Of a stretch of DNA of 64,000 nt, positions 45,604 through 56,097 are shown piece after piece (position 1 is the stretch's first letter; every line of letters starts with the position of its first letter). This DNA is from Escherichia typing phage 1. Under the pieces are notes generated by a model. That model did no database searches. It was given only the letters and a program-made list of their open reading frames with translations, and was not told the DNA's origin. Position numbers and translations under genes: made by a program. Location of the stretch: the sequence record KP869100. One strand, written 5' to 3'.

Positions 45604-46111
45604 TATAAGTTGCCCTATAAACTGTCTCGAACTTCAACAGGAGAGATATTGCCAAATCTGTATAGTTGTTGTCAAGCACATCTGGCATATTATTTTTGAT
45701 ATATTTCTCTTGCTCTTCATAGGTCATCTTAGGGATACTTAGGAGGCTATCTCCTTGCTTCTGGTTATCAGCTTTAGTTTGGATAAACCAGTTTGCACAG
45801 TGATGTTCACCACCTTTTGTAACAGGTTTGTGATGACCTAATGTAAATATTTGCTTACCCGTATACCTGCAAAGATTGTTCAGTGTTGCAATGGTGTTCT
45901 TCACAACACACCATTCATACAGGTTATCTATTGTGTAGTGTGGGTAATAACGGACAAGTGCTCTTTCACGTAAGTTACCACGATTCCAAAGAACCATGTG
46001 ATTAGAATTTGAAGGGTCATATTTGTGGGAGTCTATAAACTCTTGACGCTCATCAAAGCTGAGTCTTAGAACTGACATTGCAACCGAACGTTTCAGGTTT
46101 GACAGATACAT
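45596..46111 (-). CDS. HNH endonuclease
   Basis: GHHKPVTKGGEHHCANW...KADNQKQG resembles an HNH nuclease core. Confidence 0.5.
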   Translation of the reverse strand: MYLSNLKRSVAMSVLRLSFDERQEFIDSHKYDPSNSNHMVLWNRGNLRERALVRYYPHYTIDNLYEWCVVKNTIATLNNLCRYTGKQIFTLGHHKPVTKGGEHHCANWFIQTKADNQKQGDSLLSIPKMTYEEQEKYIKNNMPDVLDNNYTDLAISLLLKFETVYRATYND

Positions 46112-46162
46112 TTTACCTCCAAAATAAAAAGGGAACCTTTACAGTCCCCTTATAGTATCTGT

Positions 46163-46483
46163 TTACTGAGCTACTTTCAAGATTCTTGTGAATGGAATTT
46201 CACTTTCTTCCATTAACTCTTTAGTTTCTTTGGTAACTTTCACAAAGTTATCTAGGCAGATAATCTTCTTATCTTTCTTACTATAGGTTAATTTAACCTT
46301 TTCAATATCTTTCTCAGAGCTTTTCTCTTCATTGAAGAGTTTTACAGCCTCTTTGAATGGGAGATATGAGCCATCATTATCACTAATGAATCCTGTACCA
46401 CAATAGTAGGAGTTATGTTCTCTAGCCATAAACTGGCACAGTAAGAAAATCTGTAATTTACGAGTGTTATAAACTTTGCTCAT
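46163..46483 (-). CDS. hypothetical protein
   Basis: 106-aa ORF. Confidence 0.4.
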   Translation of the reverse strand: MSKVYNTRKLQIFLLCQFMAREHNSYYCGTGFISDNDGSYLPFKEAVKLFNEEKSSEKDIEKVKLTYSKKDKKIICLDNFVKVTKETKELMEESEIPFTRILKVAQ

Positions 46484-46485
46484 GA

Positions 46486-46749
46486 TTATTTAGCCTTCTT
46501 ATTACGTTTACGGTTACGGTTACGAGCTTTCTTAGCTGCGCGTTTAATTGCTGCTGCACCAGTCGGACGATGGGCTTGCTTCTTACCACCTTTGCCACGG
46601 CCTACATAGATGCTTTTCATAATCTCATTAGCCAGTTTCTCATCCATCTTGAAGTTCTGCATAAGATGAGTCACATCAACACCAGTGAGCATACCTAATG
46701 AAGCTAGTGCTGCTTTCACTTTTGATTTAAAACTATTCCAGAGTCCCAT
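46486..46749 (-). CDS. hypothetical protein with highly basic C-terminal tail
   Basis: 87-aa ORF ending KKARNRNRKRNKKAK. Confidence 0.4.
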   Translation of the reverse strand: MGLWNSFKSKVKAALASLGMLTGVDVTHLMQNFKMDEKLANEIMKSIYVGRGKGGKKQAHRPTGAAAIKRAAKKARNRNRKRNKKAK

Positions 46750-46873
46750 TTCATATCTCTCTCAATCTTTTCACAAAATGTTTTAAGTTCTTCTTCAGTG
46801 ATACCAACGGTTAAGTTTGTTCTGTAGAACATTGTAAAGTGGCTTTTACCGATAACCTACTTTATAACGAGAT

Positions 46874-47359
46874 TTACTCTGCTCTCCACTGACAATCACC
46901 TTGCCATCCGTACTCTTTTCTCCAGAGGTTTTGGTTATCTGAACCACGATACGGTTTAACTGTTGGTTTAGATGAATCATACTTACCATCAATCACCACG
47001 TCAACATATTTCATCACATCAAGGTGAATTTTTTCATGTAACTGAAAACCTGTCCAGAGCCAGATAGATTTTTCTGGGTAAACGGTTTTAATACGTTTGC
47101 ATATGTTGGTAACCTCTTGAATATTTCTATCATCTAGAGGTTCTCCACCAAGTATTGACAGCCCACTGATGGCATTATCATCCATTAACTTAATGATGCC
47201 ATAAAGGTTTGCATAAGTGAACTCTTTACCAGCATTAAACTTCCAAGATTCCTTATTAAAGCAACCTTCACAGTGATGCTTACAACCAGCTACGAAGAGG
47301 CTTACACGAACCCCTTCACCATTAGCTGTGTCAAATGGTCGAATCTCCATGTAATTCAT
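46874..47359 (-). CDS. nrdG: anaerobic ribonucleotide reductase activating protein (radical SAM)
   Basis: CKHHCEGC cysteine cluster near the N-terminus; 161 aa; adjacent to nrdD. Confidence 0.7.
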   Translation of the reverse strand: MNYMEIRPFDTANGEGVRVSLFVAGCKHHCEGCFNKESWKFNAGKEFTYANLYGIIKLMDDNAISGLSILGGEPLDDRNIQEVTNICKRIKTVYPEKSIWLWTGFQLHEKIHLDVMKYVDVVIDGKYDSSKPTVKPYRGSDNQNLWRKEYGWQGDCQWRAE

Positions 47360-47368
47360 CTAGTTACC

Positions 47369-47668
47369 TCACCAATACATATAAGTGTTCTTAGCGGCTT
47401 TCTTTGGAGACTTGCTATCAATATCAAAATCTTCATCTAAGAAGGATGTCTTAGAAAGCTGCCTTATTTGTGTTCTTGTAAGACGTTTAGTGGCCTTCTT
47501 AATCTCTCTACAAGGCTGGCTTGTGAAGTCGTAAGAGCCACCTTTTCTGGACATCATATCAGAATGGAAGTAGACATCTGAAGCATTTTCTCTGTTACGT
47601 ACCTCATTTCTCCACTCATAGAGTCCATGAACGTTCTTTAAACCTTTTCTTCGAATTGTTTTACTCAT
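47369..47668 (-). CDS. hypothetical protein
   Basis: 99-aa ORF. Confidence 0.4.
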   Translation of the reverse strand: MSKTIRRKGLKNVHGLYEWRNEVRNRENASDVYFHSDMMSRKGGSYDFTSQPCREIKKATKRLTRTQIRQLSKTSFLDEDFDIDSKSPKKAAKNTYMYW

Positions 47669-48060
47669 TCAAACACCACCTGACAAGGAACCTGTTTAGT
47701 AATAAATTCTTCGCAGTGTTCTTTAATGAAGTTTTGTAATGGCACACAATCTTGTGCACAAGTCATTAGTATAATGTACTCTGGATTCATAATGTTTTCA
47801 AGAGTGTAGAAGACAACATCGTTAGATAATTCATGACCGTCTTCTTCAGACCAAGTTCCAGAGACTACAGCTAATTTGTCAAGCAATTCATTAGGTAACG
47901 CTACGCCATCTTCTACGGAATCACTTAGAACGTTGTCGCTGATGTACAATGTGAAGGTCGTATGGAATGTTGAATATCTTACGTGATTCTTTTCGCAAGA
48001 GCCACACTCTGAGGCATAATCTTTAATCCACTCTAACTGTTTTTTGTTCAACTTAATCAT
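47665..48060 (-). CDS. hypothetical protein
   Basis: 131-aa ORF. Confidence 0.4.
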   Translation of the reverse strand: MIKLNKKQLEWIKDYASECGSCEKNHVRYSTFHTTFTLYISDNVLSDSVEDGVALPNELLDKLAVVSGTWSEEDGHELSNDVVFYTLENIMNPEYIILMTCAQDCVPLQNFIKEHCEEFITKQVPCQVVFE

Positions 48061-48257
48061 AATTTCACCTTAGTTGGCAATGCACTGAATGCTATGACTA
48101 ACCCTAAAAATGGTTTGAAGCATGACCATAAATCCATCTGACCCTGATATGCGAAACTCCATTGTGGGTCTGAAAAACCCCATACCATAACACTAACCCC
48201 AAAGAAGAAGATTAGAATGTGGAGAATGTATATCAACGCTTTTGATATTTTAAACAT
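48057..48257 (-). CDS. hypothetical small membrane protein
   Basis: 66-aa hydrophobic ORF. Confidence 0.35.
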   Translation of the reverse strand: MFKISKALIYILHILIFFFGVSVMVWGFSDPQWSFAYQGQMDLWSCFKPFLGLVIAFSALPTKVKL

Positions 48258-48411
48258 TTTAACTTGCCTCTTAATTCACAATAAGAGAGTCCTAAAAAGA
48301 ACCCTAGTAAGACAGAACCTATGAACAACCCAATAATACTCTCTGCCATATCTAACATCCAATAAAAAAGGTGATGTAAGCCTATCAAGACTCACACCAC
48401 CATGTCAAGTT

Positions 48412-50556
48412 TTACATAGAAACTCTGTCACGAATCTCAGCGATTTTTGCATCGTTCATTCGGGATTCACCTTTAATCTTAGTCCATCCAAGATACCCAC
48501 ACACCCTGTTAATCACAGAGATATCATGTGAGTGACAAACTTCACATTCTTCAACATCAGCCTTTGGCCTGTTACCACAATGTTCACAGATTGCTAAGTC
48601 AAAGTTAAGTCCCTGATAGAAACCTTTCAACATCCCTCTTGTAATACAGCTCTTAAGTGCTGATAAGTTTTCTGGGTTAGCTACTCTTACATACTGGATT
48701 CTACCGCCTCTACAGATATGGAAGAATGGCTCTTCTAAGTCCTGCTTCTCAAATGGTGAGATGTCTGCTGCAACATTCATATGGAAACTGTTTGTAAAGT
48801 ATTCCTTATCGGAAACACCTTTGATAACCCCAAACATATCTCTGAACTGTTTTAGCTGAGTCCCACATAGTGATTCTGCTGGAGTACCATAGACGGCATA
48901 TAAGAAGCCATCTTCATTTTTAAACTCTTCGGTTTTCATGTTAATGTATGCCAGAACATCATATGCAAAACTATAGCTTCCAACTTCATGAAGTCGTTTA
49001 CCTTCAGCAAGAACAGACAACTCATCAAGCGCAGTAACACCAAAAGAAGCTGTGAAGGACTTCACAATATCCCAACCAACCTTGTCAGTAGGTTTCTTAG
49101 TTCCTTTGTACAGACCACCTTGTGTGAACGCAAGAGGGTTAGAACTTGCTGGCATATTAGCAATCATTTCGTAGCGTTTCTTGTGGAAGTTGCGAATCAT
49201 CTCTAGGTACTTATCAAGCTCTTTCCAGAAATCTAAACCATTCTCTTTAGAGTACTGGTAAATCATTGGCAAGTTCAAAGATACAGCACCAATGTTAGCA
49301 CGACCAACGTAAAACTCTTCCCCATCCTCATTAAAATATGGAGATAAGAAGGCTCTGCAACCCATCGGTGAAATTACCTTACCAGAACGCTCAAAAGCCT
49401 CTGCTACAGCACCATGACCAGACACACTTAAGAAATCTGGGTACATTGCTTTAGAGCAACACTCAATAGCTTTACTGTACAGGTGACCTTGACAGATATT
49501 CTCATCATGTCTCTTCTGGTCATAAATATAAACCAGTTTAGGGAATACAACAGGTTTTTTACTCTTGCCTTGTCCATTCATACGAACATCTAGGAGAGTA
49601 CTTGCAATCATGTATTGTAGTCGATTATCCTCATTAGACATATCTGAGTCAAGTAAACCAAATGTTAAAGTTGTGAATGCAAAATCACCACGGCTACAAG
49701 GTACGGTATTTAGTTTCATCTCAAGTGACTGAAAACCTTGAGTCAGTTCAATTTGTAACTGCTCCATTACATAATTGTGGTAATGCTCTTTAGGAATACC
49801 ATAAGATGATGCTTTCTCAGCATGATAGCGTAGAGACTTCTTAGCATACGGTACAAGTACCTTATCAATCTCTGCTAAAGTAAAACCACCAAATTGCTGT
49901 GCAGTTGCTGAAAGTACTACGTCACCAATAACCTGCAACGCTGACAGTACAGATTTAGGTTCACAGTACTCAATGCCGGACATTTCAAAGCCACCTTTTA
50001 GTACTTTACCAATGTCAAACAGGCAACAGTTAATACCACCAAAAATCAGGTCTCTCAAATCGTGGATATAGATAAAGCCTTTCTCAATGGCTTCAAGTTC
50101 CTCTGGTGTTAGATGATACTGTTTAAAGATTTCTTTAGTCAGGTAACCACGGATAATTGAACCTTTCGTAGAAATTAAACTGCTGTCAAAGTTAGCATTT
50201 TCACGGTCACCTAAGAAGAGTGTATCTTTAGTCTTCTGGTAGAGTTCGTCCCAATTTTGAGCAACCTCTTTACGGTAATTTCTGTATGTTGAGTAAGACT
50301 CATAAATCTCGTGATTGACCTCTGCCAAAGCACCTTCAACAATACTGTGAATATCATTTACCGAGATAAGCAAATTATTCTGCTTAGTGGACTTTACCAA
50401 AATCCTCATAAATGCTGACTCAAGAGCTTGGGTAACATCTGGTGGAAGTTCTTTATATCCAACCCTGTTAGCTGACTTAGCTACTGCTGCTAAAACTTTT
50501 TTGATATCGGGTTCTTCAAGTGAGCCGTTCTTTTTAATAATCTGTACTTTGTTCAT
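48412..50556 (-). CDS. nrdD: anaerobic (class III) ribonucleoside-triphosphate reductase
   Basis: 714 aa; C-terminal Cys cluster CEHCG...CEVCHSHD and glycyl-radical motif RVCGYLG. Confidence 0.8.
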   Translation of the reverse strand: MNKVQIIKKNGSLEEPDIKKVLAAVAKSANRVGYKELPPDVTQALESAFMRILVKSTKQNNLLISVNDIHSIVEGALAEVNHEIYESYSTYRNYRKEVAQNWDELYQKTKDTLFLGDRENANFDSSLISTKGSIIRGYLTKEIFKQYHLTPEELEAIEKGFIYIHDLRDLIFGGINCCLFDIGKVLKGGFEMSGIEYCEPKSVLSALQVIGDVVLSATAQQFGGFTLAEIDKVLVPYAKKSLRYHAEKASSYGIPKEHYHNYVMEQLQIELTQGFQSLEMKLNTVPCSRGDFAFTTLTFGLLDSDMSNEDNRLQYMIASTLLDVRMNGQGKSKKPVVFPKLVYIYDQKRHDENICQGHLYSKAIECCSKAMYPDFLSVSGHGAVAEAFERSGKVISPMGCRAFLSPYFNEDGEEFYVGRANIGAVSLNLPMIYQYSKENGLDFWKELDKYLEMIRNFHKKRYEMIANMPASSNPLAFTQGGLYKGTKKPTDKVGWDIVKSFTASFGVTALDELSVLAEGKRLHEVGSYSFAYDVLAYINMKTEEFKNEDGFLYAVYGTPAESLCGTQLKQFRDMFGVIKGVSDKEYFTNSFHMNVAADISPFEKQDLEEPFFHICRGGRIQYVRVANPENLSALKSCITRGMLKGFYQGLNFDLAICEHCGNRPKADVEECEVCHSHDISVINRVCGYLGWTKIKGESRMNDAKIAEIRDRVSM

Positions 50557-50574
50557 TATTGCCCCTTTACATGC

Positions 50575-50597
50575 TAAAAAGGTCTCCGAAGAGACCC
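50575..50597 (-). terminator. intrinsic terminator
   Basis: minus strand GGTCTC-TTCG-GAGACC hairpin followed by TTTTT. Confidence 0.55.
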
Positions 50598-50604
50598 TTT
50601 CATT

Positions 50605-50811
50605 TTAAATCTTTTTAGAAAACTTAGAAACGAGTTTTCTAAGTTTTTCAGTGATGCCTAACTGTATCTCTAATATTTCAAAGATAACCCATAGTAACAT
50701 GGCCCCAAACAATGAACCTTGTTCAAAATCAGTAAATAGGTTAACAATCAGCATACCAATCACAATAGCTGGTGCATCAACAACCAAACCTTCCCAAATG
50801 CGTTTAAGCAT
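50605..50811 (-). CDS. hypothetical small membrane protein
   Basis: 68-aa hydrophobic ORF. Confidence 0.35.
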   Translation of the reverse strand: MLKRIWEGLVVDAPAIVIGMLIVNLFTDFEQGSLFGAMLLWVIFEILEIQLGITEKLRKLVSKFSKKI

Positions 50812-51046
50812 TATTCACCTCTGCCATAAAATTCTGTAGCGTCCCAACAGGCTTTAGGTTTTGTCCATCAGTTTTCATGATGAATGGCATCTGACGAACT
50901 GGCATCTGTGCAATATCCATCAGGTCTGACAGTTCATAATCCTGCCCTAACATTCTCACAACATGGTCAATACCACGAGTTTTTGCAAAATTCTTTGCAG
51001 TCTCACACTGAGGGCATCCAGTTTTGGAGTAAATCACATAAGTCAT
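50804..51046 (-). CDS. glutaredoxin-like protein (NrdC/NrdH-type)
   Basis: CPQC active-site motif at residues 11-14; 80 aa; next to the RNR genes. Confidence 0.7.
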   Translation of the reverse strand: MTYVIYSKTGCPQCETAKNFAKTRGIDHVVRMLGQDYELSDLMDIAQMPVRQMPFIMKTDGQNLKPVGTLQNFMAEVNNA

Positions 51047-52119
51047 TAAGGAACCTCTAAAAATCCACTATTCAAATCATCTACAACAGTATTCAACAGG
51101 TACGCACCGTTCTGTTGCTCCTGATTAGCATTCTGCTCTTTATCAATTTCCATCTTCTTAATCATATACTTCAAAGGTGGTTCTTTAGGAGCTACAAAAT
51201 CTCTGGGAATACCAAACATATCATACAGTGGGGCAGCATTATAGTAAACCCACTCATGAAGAAGTTTTGTATTTAACCCAACTACAGCACGTCCTTCAGA
51301 GAAGATATAATACGACCATTTCTCTTCACTTTCAACTACTTCATCTAAGATTACTTTAATCTCTGGAAGAATTTGTTGAAAAGCTTTCTGCCACTCATCA
51401 TCTCTTAAAGTTTCTTTTAAAACTTCAATATCAATTTTAGTGTGAAGGATTTCGTCAAGCATAATTTTCTGGACAGCTTGAGCAATACCCTGAAATTTAT
51501 CTTGAGCATCAAGTGCAAAAGTACATGCAAAGGATGCCATAAAAGATATACCTTCAAGTGCAGTCACTGCAAACAGCCCTTTCAGAATCACTTTATGGAA
51601 GTGTAAAGGGTCTTTGTCAAGAAGTGAATCACGGACATAACTCAGGCGATAGTTTATACCTTCATCCAGTAATTCTTCAAGAACACGATTCACAGTTTTT
51701 AATCGGTCTTGTACAGCAACATTCTGGTTAATCTCATCTAAGATTGTTTCAGGGTTTTTAATACATTGCCTTACAATCTCTGAGTAAGTAAGAGCATGTA
51801 GGTTTTCAATCTCAGACTGCTTCATAATTGCAGTTGCATAGATGTCATCAGAGATGAATGGTGCAAAGGCGAATGCCAAGCTCTTAGCAACTTGGGTATC
51901 TGCTTCCCACTGCCACTTAAGAATCTCAAGCATTACACCTGACATTGATGCTGGCACACTCTCAAAATCAAGACGTGATTGTTCAAAAGGAAACTCATCT
52001 TCTGACCAGTCTTGCGCTTTTTGTTGTTTATATAGCTCAAAGATTTTTGGGTAGTGCTTATTAAGTGAGTCAAATGTCTTTCTCTCACCACCTAAAAAGA
52101 TTGGGTGTTGGTTAATCAT
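51046..52119 (-). CDS. nrdB: ribonucleotide reductase class I small subunit
   Basis: ferritin-like di-iron ligand segments (ENLHALTYSEI, DEILHTKID); ORF trimmed to the internal ATG (MINQHPIF). Confidence 0.75.
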   Translation of the reverse strand: MINQHPIFLGGERKTFDSLNKHYPKIFELYKQQKAQDWSEDEFPFEQSRLDFESVPASMSGVMLEILKWQWEADTQVAKSLAFAFAPFISDDIYATAIMKQSEIENLHALTYSEIVRQCIKNPETILDEINQNVAVQDRLKTVNRVLEELLDEGINYRLSYVRDSLLDKDPLHFHKVILKGLFAVTALEGISFMASFACTFALDAQDKFQGIAQAVQKIMLDEILHTKIDIEVLKETLRDDEWQKAFQQILPEIKVILDEVVESEEKWSYYIFSEGRAVVGLNTKLLHEWVYYNAAPLYDMFGIPRDFVAPKEPPLKYMIKKMEIDKEQNANQEQQNGAYLLNTVVDDLNSGFLEVP

Positions 52120-52373
52120 AGTGTGATTTCTCCTTTCTTTATCATTTCTAAGGCTTGTTTTCGGTCTAGAACTTCCCAATTTTCTTCATTGAACATTTCA
52201 TATGGTCTTGCATAGATTTTACCATCTGCTGTAGAGATGTATGACACACCATCAACCCATGAGTCATCATTTTGTTTTATCATCATATCTGTGCTACTTA
52301 CATAGTACAACGTTTTCCGAGGTTTGTAGAGCAGATAAATTGGCCACTCATGATTTGCTATTAAGTCCTTCAT
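52116..52373 (-). CDS. hypothetical protein between nrdA and nrdB
   Basis: ORF 52116-52457 trimmed to the internal ATG to avoid overlap with the nrdA stop. Confidence 0.35.
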   Translation of the reverse strand: MKDLIANHEWPIYLLYKPRKTLYYVSSTDMMIKQNDDSWVDGVSYISTADGKIYARPYEMFNEENWEVLDRKQALEMIKKGEITL

Positions 52374-52428
52374 ACTCTCTCCAAAGTTATTTTTAGAGGG
52401 TCTTTTACGACCCTCATAGTTGTTAAAA

Positions 52429-54663
52429 CTAAACACCGCAGCCCTCGCAATAAGCATCTTGCAGTGCAGATTTACCTACACCAATGCGACTGTTAAGGTA
52501 GTACATGGTTTTCATACCTACCGAGTTGGCATAAATCATGTACTTCAGAGCTTGAGCCAATGATACCTTCTTAGACTTTGCATAGTCAACATAGAAGTCT
52601 GAAGAGATAGCTTGACCAGTGAACTTTTGAACAATTGCATAACAATCAATCATATCAAAGGTGTCAATATCCCAAGCAATTTCATAGACATACTTCAACT
52701 CTTCATAATCTGGAACAATAAACAGTACGTTACCAGTTGCAGACTTTTTAGTTAAAATAAAGTCACGAATTGGGTACAAGCCATTTGTCGTATTAGTTGC
52801 TAGTGAAGAACTCTCATTAGGCATGTAAGCTTCTAATACAGAGTTTCGGATTCCACCATTCTCTTTGATACGTTGTGCTAAGTCATCCCAATCATATCGT
52901 AGTTTCGCATCATGCTTTTCATCAATCTTCTTGTTAGCTGTCTTTGGAGGAACCCACCCTTCAGGATACTTAGTGAACTTCATATACTCAGGTACACCAC
53001 GTTCTTTAGCAAGTCTCAAAGAAGCTTCGTGTAAGTAGTAAGAGTGCATTTCAGCAAGCTCATGAAGCTTCGTCTTACCTGCTCTTGAAGAATAGTTCAC
53101 GTAGTTCTTCGCAAGGTAATGAGCCACATTTGTAAGGCCAATCCCAACAGAACGACGCTTCTGAACATGGTTACGCATCGACGGATACGGATAATCCATA
53201 AGGTCAATAACGGAGTCAACCATTGCAAGAGCATAATAAGCAACGTCAGCGTATTCATCTTCTGAAATTCTCCCTGCAACCAAACTAGCTAGGAAGCAAA
53301 GAGCTACCTCACCATCCTCTTTCACAGCATCGTCTCTGTAAAGGTCTGTCTCTTTCTCAAAACCATACACTGGCAATACAATTTCCATACAAAGATTTGA
53401 CATCTTCAATGGTTCTTTAAATGGTGTATGTGTGTTTGCATTGTTAGTGAAGAATGGATACACACGACCTGTAGCATAACGCTGTTGAATAAACAGCTTA
53501 GCAATTTCACGAGCCTTGACTCGTCTGTGTTTAACACCTGAATGTACTGCATGACCAACTGCCATAGCAAACTCATCAGCAGATGCTGTGTAGAACATGT
53601 CATAGAGTTTTGGTGCATCTTTGTAAGAGAATAGCAACCAATCTGTATCATACTGAACACACTGCCAGAAATAATCGTTTGTACCGAATGAGTAGTCCAT
53701 CTCATTAATACGTTTAGAAGGAACCGTTGTAGGGTGCTTCAAACGCAGTAAATCTTCAATCTGCGGGTCTAGAGCAGTGTAGAAGTTATTAGCTGAACCA
53801 CCACGACTCTTCTGTTTGTTTGCCTCTACAGATGAACGTACAAGCTTGTAATAAGGTAGCTTACCCATGTGCTCAATCGTATTTTGACGGATACCATCAC
53901 CAATAGTGCGAGTCTCCATCAGCATACCAATACCAGCTTGCTTTGTAGTCATATCATAAGCAACCTTTGCAGCAATACCAAGTGATTCAGCAGTATCATT
54001 TGCCTTAATCAAACAGCATGACGCATAGCCTGATTTAGTTGCTCTTAAACCGTTTAAATAAGGCGTAGGAGCGTTAATCTTCAGGTCAGATAGGTAAGTG
54101 TACAGCTTGATAACATCTTGTAGTCTACGGTGCTTTGGTTGCTTCTCAAAGGCTTTCATAGCCATGCCCATAAACATAAATTGTGGTGACTCAAAAAGTC
54201 TTCCAGTTTTAATATCACGGATACCATACTTGTCTCTGAACTGTTTCAATACTGCATAGCCGTAAGAGATATCTTTTGAGTGTACGATGTAACCTTGCAG
54301 ATATTCAAGCTCTTCCTGTGAATAATCCATCTTCTCCCAAAGTCCTGCTCTCTCCATATTTTTAACGAAGGTAATCAGCGTAGGAACCTTAGTAAAGCCT
54401 CCAAAGGCTTCTTTGTAGATAATACCCAGAAGTAGCCGTCCAGCCATATCTGAGTACTCTTGAGTTTGTTTATCAACACAAACATCAATCATGGCTTGGT
54501 GCATCTCTTTTGTGGTGCAACCTTCATAGACACGTTTCATAGCTTCCATAGTGACTTCTGACCAGATAATTCCACGCTTGTCTGCCCATGATGCCCACTT
54601 ATTCAGTCTTTCTGGGTCAAAGCTTACTACTGTGCCGTTTGATTTTTTAATTGTCTTAATCAT
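52429..54663 (-). CDS. nrdA: ribonucleotide reductase class I large subunit
   Basis: 744 aa, N-terminal ATP-cone-like region, C-terminal Cys pair (CEGCGV); adjacent to nrdB. Confidence 0.8.
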   Translation of the reverse strand: MIKTIKKSNGTVVSFDPERLNKWASWADKRGIIWSEVTMEAMKRVYEGCTTKEMHQAMIDVCVDKQTQEYSDMAGRLLLGIIYKEAFGGFTKVPTLITFVKNMERAGLWEKMDYSQEELEYLQGYIVHSKDISYGYAVLKQFRDKYGIRDIKTGRLFESPQFMFMGMAMKAFEKQPKHRRLQDVIKLYTYLSDLKINAPTPYLNGLRATKSGYASCCLIKANDTAESLGIAAKVAYDMTTKQAGIGMLMETRTIGDGIRQNTIEHMGKLPYYKLVRSSVEANKQKSRGGSANNFYTALDPQIEDLLRLKHPTTVPSKRINEMDYSFGTNDYFWQCVQYDTDWLLFSYKDAPKLYDMFYTASADEFAMAVGHAVHSGVKHRRVKAREIAKLFIQQRYATGRVYPFFTNNANTHTPFKEPLKMSNLCMEIVLPVYGFEKETDLYRDDAVKEDGEVALCFLASLVAGRISEDEYADVAYYALAMVDSVIDLMDYPYPSMRNHVQKRRSVGIGLTNVAHYLAKNYVNYSSRAGKTKLHELAEMHSYYLHEASLRLAKERGVPEYMKFTKYPEGWVPPKTANKKIDEKHDAKLRYDWDDLAQRIKENGGIRNSVLEAYMPNESSSLATNTTNGLYPIRDFILTKKSATGNVLFIVPDYEELKYVYEIAWDIDTFDMIDCYAIVQKFTGQAISSDFYVDYAKSKKVSLAQALKYMIYANSVGMKTMYYLNSRIGVGKSALQDAYCEGCGV

Positions 54664-54679
54664 TTTTAAATCCTACAGA

Positions 54680-54704
54680 TGAAAAGAGCCTCCGAAGAGG
54701 CTCC
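54680..54704 (-). terminator. intrinsic terminator
   Basis: minus strand GAGCCTC-TTCG-GAGGCTC hairpin followed by TTTTC. Confidence 0.5.
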
Positions 54705-54709
54705 CTAGT

Positions 54710-55045
54710 TTAAATCTTGAAAATTTGCTCATTCTGCCACATATCGTAAAACTTATCACTTACCTTTGTGACTGAAGAGGTGTGCATACAATTCAGGAAC
54801 CATGATGGTGTACTATCATCCATAATTGTTTCAAGTTTTTGTGTGACATTCACATCCATGTCTGCAACAACGTAATTGCCTCGCATTTTGCAAACAATTC
54901 TTCCAAACAAGATTGCGCTTCTGCCTCTTCGGTCGTCACAGTACATAACTGTGTCACCGTGCTTAACATCTTGTCCGATACTATCAACACCTAATTTAGC
55001 ACCTGAGATAATGTCATCATAAGATAGCTTTTTTGCTTTAGACAC
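54710..55045 (-). CDS. hypothetical protein
   Basis: 111-aa ORF. Confidence 0.4.
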   Translation of the reverse strand: MSKAKKLSYDDIISGAKLGVDSIGQDVKHGDTVMYCDDRRGRSAILFGRIVCKMRGNYVVADMDVNVTQKLETIMDDSTPSWFLNCMHTSSVTKVSDKFYDMWQNEQIFKI

Positions 55046-55370
55046 GGTATTTCTCCAAGTTTCTTTTTAGATATAACCAACCATAGTCAGTTCTTTCTAC
55101 ACCCATGAATAGTGGAGCCATTACAACTTTACCAAAAGTATTCCTGTGTTGGCAGATTTCAAAAGAATATTCTTTCTCAATATCAATCCCGTATTTGTAC
55201 AGGACTGCTTTTAAAACTTGTTCATTGTCCAGAAGTGTATCTGGAGTCTCACCATATTTTTCTAGTAACGGGTCATTCATAAACACCGTCATAGAAATAT
55301 TGTAGTTTGAGAAGTGGCTCTTCTGAGCCACACCTTCTTTATTAATGTTCTGTGAATCCATTATAACCAA
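55038..55370 (-). CDS. hypothetical protein
   Basis: 110-aa ORF. Confidence 0.4.
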   Translation of the reverse strand: MVIMDSQNINKEGVAQKSHFSNYNISMTVFMNDPLLEKYGETPDTLLDNEQVLKAVLYKYGIDIEKEYSFEICQHRNTFGKVVMAPLFMGVERTDYGWLYLKRNLEKYRV

Positions 55371-56097
55371 CCCCTTTTAACCAGCACTTCAGGTTATTAG
55401 CATCATAATTCAGTTTCGGGTATGAGGTTACATGGAACTGCTCACCATCATAGTAGACAATATCTGCAATCCATAGTCCGTTCTCTTTACAGAAATCTTT
55501 ATCTGCTTTAGAGGTAATTGGATTAACTTCTACAAAACCATCTACACCCAAATCCTTTAAGCTACCTACAATACCTTTGCAGATAACGCATGTCTCAGAT
55601 ACTACCACAAAAAGTTCTTGGCTTTCAAGTTCTACAATGTATTCACCAAGCTGTACTTTTGGGAGATTCGATTGCTTCATAATCTTCCCATCGGCTACAC
55701 GAACAATTGCGTACCACTCTTTACCATCAACTACTGACATTCTGACAATACAATCTTGACCAGTACGCTTCTCAATATCTGCAAGACGTTTTAAAGCTTC
55801 TTCATAATCGTCTGTGTATTTCAGGTCATTATTATGGCAAACAGCTTTCATAGCACCGTTATGGTCATGTTGTGACAGGTAAATCAAACCGTCAAGAACA
55901 TATTGCAAATCTGCCTGAGCATCCAGTGTCTCAATGGGGTCTTTCTCTTCAATCGCTTTTACAAGCTCTTTTGCTTCTTCAAGCATACACAGAGATTGAG
56001 ATTTCAAAGACTCCCAATACTCATTACTGTATGGTTGTTTTTGAGTTTTTCCGCAACGAAGATTCCAGTTTTTTACTGATTCTCTTGAGTTAAACAT
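55342..56097 (-). CDS. MazG-like nucleotide pyrophosphohydrolase domain protein
   Basis: N-terminal LEEAKELVKAIEEKDPIETLDAQADLQYVLDGL resembles the MazG EExxE...D motif; C-terminal domain unknown. Confidence 0.45.
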   Translation of the reverse strand: MFNSRESVKNWNLRCGKTQKQPYSNEYWESLKSQSLCMLEEAKELVKAIEEKDPIETLDAQADLQYVLDGLIYLSQHDHNGAMKAVCHNNDLKYTDDYEEALKRLADIEKRTGQDCIVRMSVVDGKEWYAIVRVADGKIMKQSNLPKVQLGEYIVELESQELFVVVSETCVICKGIVGSLKDLGVDGFVEVNPITSKADKDFCKENGLWIADIVYYDGEQFHVTSYPKLNYDANNLKCWLKGVGYNGFTEH

